A stretch of 63,156 nucleotides of DNA, counting the filler. It is 6 parts of 6 records of this genome, joined end to end, with 100 filler letters (N's around TTAATTAATTAA, not from the genome) between each part and the next. Parts side by side here need not be neighbours in the genome. Positions count along the whole stretch, not along the records: positions 1 to 28,948 come from SRR31147125_15222; positions 29,049 to 35,994 come from SRR31147125_15286; 4 more parts are not named here. One strand, 5' to 3'. Below, one piece after another: positions 20,703 to 29,244 of this stretch; positions within the stretch are counted from its first letter, which is position 1; every line of letters begins with the position of its first letter. The position numbers and the translations under genes are program-made. Under the pieces are notes generated by a model that did not search any database, was not told where the DNA came from, and saw only the letters and a program-made list of their open reading frames with translations.

Positions 20703-21947
20703 ATGTATATAGAAAATAAATTAAAAGCCTTAGGATTTAATGAGCCTTCTCCAATTCAAAAAGAAGTATTTAAGATCTTTGATCAACAAAGACACTTGGT
20801 TGGATTAGCACCTACAGGCACAGGGAAAACGCATGCGTATTTGCTCCCTATATTAGCAAAAATAAATAAAGAAGAAGCCTCAATTCAAGCGGTTATTGTC
20901 GTGCCTACTAATGAACTTGTCTTGCAAGTTTTTGATATGCTAAAAAGTGTTGACGATGAAATCATTGTTAAAGCTTATATCGGTGGTAAAGATAGACAAA
21001 ATGACATTGCTTGGCTTAGAAAAAGACAACCTCAAGTTGTTATTTCGACACCTTATCGTCTTTTACAATATGCATTAGAAGATGGTGCACTCAAACTATT
21101 TGATGCCAAATATATGGTATTTGATGAAGCTGATATGATGTTTGATGAAGATTTTTTATCAGATATTGATCCATTAATCGAACGTATGAAACGTGCGAAG
21201 TTTTTGTTATTCTCAGCTTCTATTACACCAGTAATGGAACCATTTATTAAAGCATATTTTGGTGTTTATGATTTTATTGATACACATAAGTTTCATGATC
21301 TAGATATCGATTATCAGCTCATTCATATCAAAGAGATGGATAGACTAGTTGCACTTAATCATGTGATTAAGCACATACAACCTTATTTATGTCTTGTTTT
21401 TATTAGTAGAAAAGATGATCAATTAAAGGTTTATCAAGAACTTTTATCACAAGGATTAAAAGTTTGTAATTATTCATCTGATGTACCTATGAAGCGAAGA
21501 AAGCAAATGATAGATGATATTAAGGCATTAAAATACCAATATGTGGTATCTAGTGATGTTGTTGCACGTGGTCTTGATTTTGATGTGTCTCATGTTATTC
21601 ATTATGACCTGCCTTATCATTTAGAGTTCTTTATTCATCGAAGTGGGCGTACAGGTCGTATGCACAAAAATGGTGTTGTTATGACTTTGATGCAATTAAG
21701 AGACCATCGTAAAATTGAAAAACTGTCTAAACAAGTATCGTTTAATCACTATGGATTATTACCAAGTGGTGAACTGGTGAAACGTGAAAAGAAAGTTAGA
21801 CGAATGAGTGTTGAAGAAAAAGAAGCAGTTAAATCAATAAAAAAACCTAAAAAGGTTAAACCAAACTATAAAAAGAAATATAAACAAGCCGTTGATAAAG
21901 CGAAGAAAGAAGCTAGGAGGAAAAAATATTATGGTAAAAATAGGTAG
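20703..21947 (+). CDS. cshB: DEAD-box RNA helicase, CshB-like
   Basis: APTGTGKT, PTNEL, DEAD, SAS, ARGLD, HRSGRTGR, KVKPNYKKK tail; ispH-helicase-nfo synteny. Confidence 0.85.
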   Translation: MYIENKLKALGFNEPSPIQKEVFKIFDQQRHLVGLAPTGTGKTHAYLLPILAKINKEEASIQAVIVVPTNELVLQVFDMLKSVDDEIIVKAYIGGKDRQNDIAWLRKRQPQVVISTPYRLLQYALEDGALKLFDAKYMVFDEADMMFDEDFLSDIDPLIERMKRAKFLLFSASITPVMEPFIKAYFGVYDFIDTHKFHDLDIDYQLIHIKEMDRLVALNHVIKHIQPYLCLVFISRKDDQLKVYQELLSQGLKVCNYSSDVPMKRRKQMIDDIKALKYQYVVSSDVVARGLDFDVSHVIHYDLPYHLEFFIHRSGRTGRMHKNGVVMTLMQLRDHRKIEKLSKQVSFNHYGLLPSGELVKREKKVRRMSVEEKEAVKSIKKPKKVKPNYKKKYKQAVDKAKKEARRKKYYGKNR

Positions 21948-22821
21948 TCACGTATCAATGAGTGGGGATGATATGTATTTAGGTGCTGTAAAAGAAGCGC
22001 TAAGCTATAAAGAAACAGCGTTTATGATTTACACAGGTGCACCACAAAATACAAGAAGACGTTCATTGGATAAAATGAAAATCGAAGAAGCACTTGCGTA
22101 TATGGAAGAAGTTGGTATTGATCCTACGACGGATGTGATTGTCCATGCACCATATATTATGAATCTAGCTAATCCAAGTGAAGAAAAAAGACAATTTGCC
22201 ATTGACTTTTTAACACAAGAACTTATACGTTCATCTGCAATGAAAGCAACACAAATTGTATTGCATCCTGGTAGTGCTGTTGGTAAAGATAGACCACAAG
22301 CAATTCAATGGATTGCTGAAGGTCTTAATCAAGTCATTGAAAATACTAAAGATTTAACGATTAAAATTGCGCTTGAAACTATGGCAGGTAAAGGTAATGA
22401 AGTTGGTAAAACTTTTGAAGAGTTAAGAGCTATCATTGATTTAGTGACTGATAAGTCTAGATTAAGTGTGTGTTTTGATACATGTCATACACATGATGCA
22501 GGCTATGATATTAAAAACGATTTTAATGGTGTCATTAAACATTTTGATGAAGTCGTCGGTAAATCATATATTTCTGTTTTTCATGTAAATGACTCTAAGA
22601 ATGAAATGGGTGCTGCAAAAGATAGACACGAAAACTTTGGATTTGGATATATTGGTTTTGATGCTTTATTACAAGTCATCTATCATCCAGATTTTTTACA
22701 AGTACCAAAAATACTAGAAACACCTTTTATTGAGAAAAAAGCGCCTTACTTAGAAGAAATTCAAATGATTAGAGATCAAACATTTGATCCAGAATTAAAA
22801 AATAAAATTATTGAAAAATAA
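21931..22821 (+). CDS. nfo: Endonuclease IV
   Basis: IGSHVS, HAPYIMNL, ETMAGKG.E, CFDTCH.HDAGYD, H.NDSK, DRHEN, LETP. Confidence 0.96.
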   Translation: MVKIGSHVSMSGDDMYLGAVKEALSYKETAFMIYTGAPQNTRRRSLDKMKIEEALAYMEEVGIDPTTDVIVHAPYIMNLANPSEEKRQFAIDFLTQELIRSSAMKATQIVLHPGSAVGKDRPQAIQWIAEGLNQVIENTKDLTIKIALETMAGKGNEVGKTFEELRAIIDLVTDKSRLSVCFDTCHTHDAGYDIKNDFNGVIKHFDEVVGKSYISVFHVNDSKNEMGAAKDRHENFGFGYIGFDALLQVIYHPDFLQVPKILETPFIEKKAPYLEEIQMIRDQTFDPELKNKIIEK

Positions 22822-22847
22822 TAGATGATAAATAAAGGATAGCAATT

Positions 22848-22877
22848 AAAAACACTACAAAAATGTAGTGTTTTTTT
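22848..22877. terminator. Bidirectional terminator
   Basis: AAAAACACTACA-AAAA-TGTAGTGTTTTTTT between convergent genes. Confidence 0.8.
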
Positions 22878-22901
22878 AGGTGTATTTATTTAATGATAGA
22901 C

Positions 22902-23456
22902 TTAGTGTTTATGTTTTAATGCATTTTTAATGAGTTTTTCATAAATTGAAAGCATATGTTTTTCGCTGACATGTTGTTGATATGATTTAAGTGAAAACCA
23001 TTGTACATCTAGATTTTCATCGGGTTTATGCATAATATCTTGTGCTTCATTTGCAATGAGTAAATATGTGACATTTAGATGAAGGTGATCTGAGACATGT
23101 ATGCCTTTTTTAATATGTCTTGGTACATGAATAATATCAATACCAATGATATCATCAATTGCATGAACTTCTTTTATACCAGTTTCTTCCATCGCTTCTT
23201 TAATGGCGACATGTTTAAAATCAGGATCGCCATCATTATGTCCACCAACCCATCCCCATGAGTCATAGATTTTATGATATGCAAAAAGTATTTTTGTCAT
23301 ATCCTCATTTAAAACAATTGCTGATGATGTGAAATGAGCGATTAAGTTGGAACGTTCTAATGTATTATCATAATGAGCGATAAAATCAAGCATTGCTAAT
23401 TTATCCGTACGTTCTTGTTCACATGTAGGTTGATACGTTTTTAGTGCCTCAAACAT
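22902..23456 (-). CDS. NUDIX hydrolase
   Basis: HFTSSA, W.WVGGHNDG......AIKEAMEETGI Nudix box. Confidence 0.9.
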   Translation of the reverse strand: MFEALKTYQPTCEQERTDKLAMLDFIAHYDNTLERSNLIAHFTSSAIVLNEDMTKILFAYHKIYDSWGWVGGHNDGDPDFKHVAIKEAMEETGIKEVHAIDDIIGIDIIHVPRHIKKGIHVSDHLHLNVTYLLIANEAQDIMHKPDENLDVQWFSLKSYQQHVSEKHMLSIYEKLIKNALKHKH

Positions 23457-24152
23457 TTAAAATGCCTCCTTGTGATGATATTTTGTAGAAAGTGCTAGTA
23501 GCACTTGTGTGGGTAAATAAAATAACCAAATGAGATTAATAGGTGTTGAAGTTAAAAAACTAAAAATTGATGGAGTGGCAAATGTGATATATGGATCTGC
23601 CATATGCATGGCAACCATAAGATCTGCAGCTATGTAGCATGTAAGACCAATAGTAAATAGTATATATCGCTTATGTGTCATCCATGAGAAAATCATATTA
23701 AGCAGTAGAAAACTGAAATATAATAGACTAACAATGATTAATACATCAATACTTTCTAAAATTAAATAAAACATTAAAACAAAAATACTAAAAACCGCAG
23801 TATAAAGATAAATGATCTTATGTTTAATGCGTTGATAAGACAGATGAATTCTAAAGAAGAACATGACTTGAGATAAAAAGAATAAAAACGTGCCTAGCAC
23901 TTGCTCTTCACTATGTAATGTTAAAAAATAGTCTGCTGCAAGTGTTGCGATAAAAGCTAAGCGCATGATATTGTAATCCATGTCATTTTTCTTGTGAATG
24001 AGAAGCATATATACAAAACACACAAAAATACTCATAAATGAGACAAAGCGATGCCATCCATCTAAGTCAGCAAATAGAATAAGTATATAAAGTATGACTT
24101 CAATTGATATAAACGATATATCTATTTTTTTATTATTTATCCATGTTTTCAT
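23457..24152 (-). CDS. YhhN/lysoplasmalogenase-like membrane protein
   Basis: Multi-TM; TLAADYFL, G..FF..Q, ADL.VA, WLFYLPTQVLLALS. Confidence 0.65.
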   Translation of the reverse strand: MKTWINNKKIDISFISIEVILYILILFADLDGWHRFVSFMSIFVCFVYMLLIHKKNDMDYNIMRLAFIATLAADYFLTLHSEEQVLGTFLFFLSQVMFFFRIHLSYQRIKHKIIYLYTAVFSIFVLMFYLILESIDVLIIVSLLYFSFLLLNMIFSWMTHKRYILFTIGLTCYIAADLMVAMHMADPYITFATPSIFSFLTSTPINLIWLFYLPTQVLLALSTKYHHKEAF

Positions 24153-24189
24153 AAAATTATTATAGCATAAAAAAAGAGCTAAAAAACTC

Positions 24190-25626
24190 TTAAATTTCAT
24201 TGTTTACAAGTTTTTGATATAGTTTTTCATATTGATCAGCCATACGATCCATAGGATGATGAATATGCATAGCTTGATGAATTAGATCATAAAATGTTTG
24301 TTTATGATTGAGATAAAGATCCAATGCTTGATCAATGGTTTCCTTTAGCTCTTCAGTATCGTTATTCTTAAAGCCAAAGCCACTCCCTACACCAGTAAAC
24401 TTATTATAAGGTGTTACTGTGTCTTTTAATCCACCAGTAAGACGAATAATTGGTAAAGATCCAAATTTCATCGCAATCATCTGATTTAGACCACATGGTT
24501 CAAATAAACTTGGTAGTAAGAAAAGGTCACTCGCAGCATAAACTTGATGTGATAAATCAATATCAAATGAATTTTGAACATATACAAGATCTGGATATTT
24601 TTCTTTTAATTGATTAAAGTATAGTGTATATGATGGCTCACCTTTACCAAGAATAACAAAATAAAATGCATCTTGATCTAAATAATCATCAATAACTTCC
24701 ATGAGTAAATCAATACCTTTTTGTTTTGCAAAACGATTAATAAATGAAACAACTGGTTTATCTTCACTATATGTAAAACCTAGTTTTTCAAGAAGTGCTT
24801 TTTTATTATATTTTTTTCCAATTTCAAACGTATGTTCATCATATGTTTGAATCAGATGAGGGCTAATCTTTGGGTTATGGATTGTTTCATCAAAACCATT
24901 TAATATACCAAATAACTGTGGTTCTCTAGATTTTAATGGCGCTTGTAGACCAAATGCATAAAATCTTGTGAGTATATCTTCACGATAAGACTCACTCACT
25001 GTATTGATTGCATGCGCACGCATAATACCGGTTTTTAAACAATTGATACGGTTCATATGAATATATGTAAAGTTTTTATGTTCTAATATATGTTCGTATT
25101 CAAGAGGAAAAGATCCTTGTTTTTCTAAGTTATGAATCGTTAGAAGTGTTTTGATATCTTTATATAAAGATGCTTGTTTTGATTTTTTATACTTTGTATC
25201 TAATAAAAATGGTAGAAGTGATGTTTGCCAGTCATTGATATGTATTACTTCGGGTATATCTTGACTTAATTGTATATATGTTAAAATAGCATGATTAAAA
25301 AAAGTAAAACGAATAACATCATCTTCGTAACCATAATAATTGAGTCGACCAAACAATTTGTCATTTCTGACTAAAATGTATGTTACATCATCATAGGTTA
25401 CTTCGTAATATGTGACTTTAAATGATTGATCACTAAATGTGATATGATCATCATAGCGTTTGGTAAATGTTGGAATTTCTTTGATATTGTGCTTGTACAA
25501 AGGTATAAAAACCTTTGGATTGTGCCCATGGTTGTGCAGTGTTTTTGGAAGAGACGCTGCAACATCAGCTAAGCCACCAGATTTAGAATATGGATAAGCC
25601 TCGGAACTACAAAAATAAATATTCAT
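24190..25626 (-). CDS. glgA: Glycogen synthase
   Basis: E.YPYSKSGGLADV, HINDWQT, TIHNL..QG, GILNG, PSLFEPCGLNQM, TGGLKDTV. Confidence 0.93.
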   Translation of the reverse strand: MNIYFCSSEAYPYSKSGGLADVAASLPKTLHNHGHNPKVFIPLYKHNIKEIPTFTKRYDDHITFSDQSFKVTYYEVTYDDVTYILVRNDKLFGRLNYYGYEDDVIRFTFFNHAILTYIQLSQDIPEVIHINDWQTSLLPFLLDTKYKKSKQASLYKDIKTLLTIHNLEKQGSFPLEYEHILEHKNFTYIHMNRINCLKTGIMRAHAINTVSESYREDILTRFYAFGLQAPLKSREPQLFGILNGFDETIHNPKISPHLIQTYDEHTFEIGKKYNKKALLEKLGFTYSEDKPVVSFINRFAKQKGIDLLMEVIDDYLDQDAFYFVILGKGEPSYTLYFNQLKEKYPDLVYVQNSFDIDLSHQVYAASDLFLLPSLFEPCGLNQMIAMKFGSLPIIRLTGGLKDTVTPYNKFTGVGSGFGFKNNDTEELKETIDQALDLYLNHKQTFYDLIHQAMHIHHPMDRMADQYEKLYQKLVNNEI

Positions 25627-25705
25627 GTTATCACCCACGTTTATTATACATAAGATATAAGATTTAGACAAGATAAAACAAATTAAATAGATACACTTCA
25701 TGTGA

Positions 25706-25734
25706 TTGACTATCAATTTGATATATGCTAAAAT
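25706..25734 (+). promoter_or_regulatory. Sigma-A promoter of purA-purB
   Basis: TTGACT-N17-TAAAAT with a TGn extended -10. Confidence 0.6.
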
Positions 25735-25794
25735 TTACGTGGCGATAGCCATTTTTGTTTTTATAAACAAAAACCACATAATAAAGGGGTTTCT

Positions 25795-27063
25795 ATGAAA
25801 AGATTAGTAGTAGTGGGTAGTCAATGGGGAGATGAAGGAAAAGGTAAGATTACAGATTATTTAGCACAGCGTGCTGAAGTTGTCGTGAGATATCAAGGTG
25901 GGAATAATGCTGGACATACGGTGATTTTTAATGGTCAAAAACATAGTCTGCATTTATTGCCTTCAGGTATTTTAAATCCAAACATTACCAATGTGATGGC
26001 AAATGGTATGGTGATTGATCCTGTGGGATTTGATCAAGAAATATCAAAAATCCAAACATCTTATCAATTATATATTTCAAATAGAGCACATGTAGTCATG
26101 CCTTATCATAAAGATATAGATAAGATTAATGAGATGAATATGAAAGATCAAAAAATTGGAACAACCCATAAAGGTATTGGTCCAACATATACAGATAAAT
26201 ATATAAGATCAGGACTAAGAATCGCAGAATTTATAGATCCTACATTATTTAGAGCATATTTAGAGCGTATGCTACCTATTAAAAATAAAGTGCTTGCTGA
26301 AGCAGGATTTGACACTTATGATGTAGAAGAGTTATATGCATTATATTTACCATATGCAGCAAAAATAAAATCATATGTGACAGATACATCTATCCTTTTA
26401 GATACATGTATTAAACAAGATAAAAAAATATTATTTGAAGGTGCACAAGGTATTATGCTTTGCGTTGACCATGGGACATATCCATATGTGACATCAAGTA
26501 GCCCAACGGCCGCATCAGTGCCTATTAATGCAGGTATTGCTCCATGGTTATTAGAAGGTTCTATTGGCGTAACAAAGGCATATACTACTCGAGTTGGTGA
26601 AGGTGTTTTTCCAAGTGAAATCTTTGGCGATTTAGCACATGAAATTAGAGAACGTGGGCATGAATATGGCACAACAACTCAACGCCCTAGACGTATTGGA
26701 TGGTTAGATACAGTCGTTTTAAGACATGCGAAAAGAGTATCTGGACTTTCCTATTTAGCAGTTACACTATTAGATGTTCTATCAGGCATTAAAAAGTTAA
26801 ATATTGTGACGCATTACCAATTAGACGATCAAATCATTGATTATATTCCGGCAGATATTAAAACATATGAACGTATCAAACCTGTTTATGAAACACTTGA
26901 TGGATGGGATGAAGACATCACAAAGGTTGATACATATGATGCATTACCATTAAATGCGAAAAAGTATTTAGAAAGATTGACACAATTAGTCGGCGTAGAA
27001 CTTGCTATATTCTCAGTGGGCCCTGATCGCTTACAAACGATAGAAACAAAACATATTTTTTAA
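25795..27063 (+). CDS. purA: Adenylosuccinate synthetase
   Basis: QWGDEGKGK, RYQGGNNAGHT, IGTT.KGIGP, FEGAQG, GTYPYVTSS, EYGTTT.RPRR.GW. Confidence 0.97.
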   Translation: MKRLVVVGSQWGDEGKGKITDYLAQRAEVVVRYQGGNNAGHTVIFNGQKHSLHLLPSGILNPNITNVMANGMVIDPVGFDQEISKIQTSYQLYISNRAHVVMPYHKDIDKINEMNMKDQKIGTTHKGIGPTYTDKYIRSGLRIAEFIDPTLFRAYLERMLPIKNKVLAEAGFDTYDVEELYALYLPYAAKIKSYVTDTSILLDTCIKQDKKILFEGAQGIMLCVDHGTYPYVTSSSPTAASVPINAGIAPWLLEGSIGVTKAYTTRVGEGVFPSEIFGDLAHEIRERGHEYGTTTQRPRRIGWLDTVVLRHAKRVSGLSYLAVTLLDVLSGIKKLNIVTHYQLDDQIIDYIPADIKTYERIKPVYETLDGWDEDITKVDTYDALPLNAKKYLERLTQLVGVELAIFSVGPDRLQTIETKHIF

Positions 27064-27074
27064 GAGGTGAACAT

Positions 27075-28349
27075 ATGATCGATCGATATCAACGACCAAC
27101 GTTTAAAAAACTTTGGAGTGATGAAAATAAATTCAAAAAATATTTAAAAGTTGAAATAGCTGCATCTTATGCGTGGTCAAAGCTAGGTTTATTTAGCGGA
27201 GAAACATTTGACAAGATTGCTGCATCAAGCTTTAATTTAGAAGATATTTATGCTTACGAATCAGTTTTTAAGCATGATGTGATTGCTTTTACAAAATCAG
27301 TCATGGATTCACTCGGTGAAGAAAAAAAATATATTCATTATGGTCTTACATCAACTGATGTTGTTGATAGTGCTTATGGTTTACTCTTAAAAGAGGCAAA
27401 TCAATATATTAGACAAGATATCTTAACCTTTATGGATGTTTTAAAAGAAAAAGCAATCGCTTATAAAATGACTCCGATTATGGGTCGTACGCATGGCATG
27501 CATGCTGAAGTGACGAGTTTTGGATTAAAGTTTGCGCTTTGGTATGAAGATTTTAAACGTTTATTAAAAAGATTTGATGCTGCTGCATCCGATGTAGAAG
27601 TATGTAAGATGAGTGGTGCAGTGGGTAATTATAGTGCAAACACACCAAAACTTGAATACATGGCAGCAGCATATTTAGAATTAACACCTGCAAATATCTC
27701 AACACAAACCTTACAACGTGATCGTCATGCAAATTATTTATCAGTCATTGCTCAAATAGGTAGTGAATTAGAGAAAATAGCTGTTGAAATGAGACATTTA
27801 TCTAGAACTGAAGTTAAATCAGTAAGTGAACCTTTTCGCGCAAAACAAAGAGGCTCATCAGCTATGCCGCACAAAAAGAATCCGATAAGTAGTGAAAACA
27901 TATCCGGATTATCAAGAATTCTTAGAGGATATATGATTGCTGAATTTGAATCAATTGCTTTATGGCATGAAAGAGATATTTCTCATTCATCTGTTGAACG
28001 AATCGCAATCGTTGATGCAACTACGCTGATTGATTATATGCTAAATCGCTATCAAAGGACTTTAAAAGATTTGGTTGTCTATGAAGATAAAATGTTAGAA
28101 AACATTGCATTATCATATGGCATATTCTATGCTCAAAATTTATTGCATTTATGTATTGACGATGGGTTTGATCGCGACCAGACATATCCTATCATTCAAA
28201 AACTAGCAAGAAAAGCACAAGTTGAAAAAATTCAATTTTTAGATTTAGTAGGTGCGCACGAAAAATTCAAAAAATATAGAAATTCACCTAAATTAACAAT
28301 AAAAGACTATTTAAGATATGTCAATGAAATTTATCAACGTATTTTTTAA
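27075..28349 (+). CDS. purB: Adenylosuccinate lyase
   Basis: HDVIAF, HYGLTSTDV, GRTHG.HAE, GSSAMPHKKNP, WHERDISHSSVER. Confidence 0.97.
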   Translation: MIDRYQRPTFKKLWSDENKFKKYLKVEIAASYAWSKLGLFSGETFDKIAASSFNLEDIYAYESVFKHDVIAFTKSVMDSLGEEKKYIHYGLTSTDVVDSAYGLLLKEANQYIRQDILTFMDVLKEKAIAYKMTPIMGRTHGMHAEVTSFGLKFALWYEDFKRLLKRFDAAASDVEVCKMSGAVGNYSANTPKLEYMAAAYLELTPANISTQTLQRDRHANYLSVIAQIGSELEKIAVEMRHLSRTEVKSVSEPFRAKQRGSSAMPHKKNPISSENISGLSRILRGYMIAEFESIALWHERDISHSSVERIAIVDATTLIDYMLNRYQRTLKDLVVYEDKMLENIALSYGIFYAQNLLHLCIDDGFDRDQTYPIIQKLARKAQVEKIQFLDLVGAHEKFKKYRNSPKLTIKDYLRYVNEIYQRIF

Positions 28350-28435
28350 TAAAAAATAGAGATATATGCTGATTTCAATTGAATAACATAGAGTTTTATG
28401 CTATAATCTATGAGAATCGAACGAGGAGGTTTATC

Positions 28436-28948
28436 ATGGCAGATAAATATAATAAACTAGAACCTAAAGTTCCAAAAGAGGTTATTTACGGATTAGCAGG
28501 ATTTTTAATATTAATCGTTGCTTTATTCTTTATTATAAGACCGAATAATCAGGAAAAAGTTTATCAAGCATTTAGTGCAGTTACAACAAGTGAGGATTTT
28601 ACAGAAGAACATCCTTTTTATGAAGTAAGTTATAAACAATTAATGAAAAAAATTGAATCAGAAAATTATGTGTTTGTATTTATTGGTTCACCTGATAATA
28701 CATCATCAGCTGCATATATCGGTGCTTTCCAAAAGTACTTTGAATCAGAAGGTGCAGATGAATATGCAGAGTATATTTATTATTTTAATCCTATTGATGA
28801 TTTATCTGGATTAAGTGATTTATCTGAAGAGTTTGAATTAGTTAACGGCAGCAGTAATCAATTACTTCTATTTATTGATGGTGTAGATAGTGTAGCATTT
28901 GAAGAAAATGGTACAGCGGATTCACAATTAATTAATAGAGCTTCAAGA
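28436..28948 (+). CDS. Membrane-anchored protein with a possible thioredoxin-like fold, 3' truncated
   Basis: GAGGAGG RBS; N-terminal TM; VFVFIGSPD and YIYYFN strand pattern. Confidence 0.6.
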
Positions 28949-29048
28949 NNNNNNNNNNNNNNNNNNNNNNNNNNNNNNNNNNNNNNNNNNNNTTAATTAA
29001 TTAANNNNNNNNNNNNNNNNNNNNNNNNNNNNNNNNNNNNNNNNNNNN
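28949..29048. other. Artificial contig spacer
   Basis: N44-TTAATTAATTAA-N44. Confidence 0.99.
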
Positions 29049-29098
29049 CGTCGTAAGAACAACAAAAGGTGGGGGTGACATCCCAGGCTTTTGAAATT

Positions 29099-29168
29099 GT
29101 CATCCTGGACGACAAAAACGTCATTCCGGACGACAAAAATGTCATCCCGGACGTGATCCGGGATCCAG
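29099..29168 (+). repeat. Three tandem REP-like units with a 21-nt period; the last is a complete hairpin
   Basis: GTCATCCTGGACGACAAAAAC / GTCATTCCGGACGACAAAAAT / GTCATCCCGGACGTGATCCGGGATCCAG. Confidence 0.8.
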
Positions 29169-29244
29169 CAGTTATAAATAATGTTCTTAAAACGCATGCA
29201 CTGTTATAAAAAGGACGCTAGAAAAAATAAAAGAGGAAAGCAAG

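Noticed and set aside
28993-29004. TTAATTAATTAA palindrome recurring five times
   Set aside because: Always centred in N-runs of identical length; an artificial all-frame stop linker.
29099-29168. 21-nt periodic repeats as a CRISPR array
   Set aside because: No unique spacers, only three units and no cas genes.
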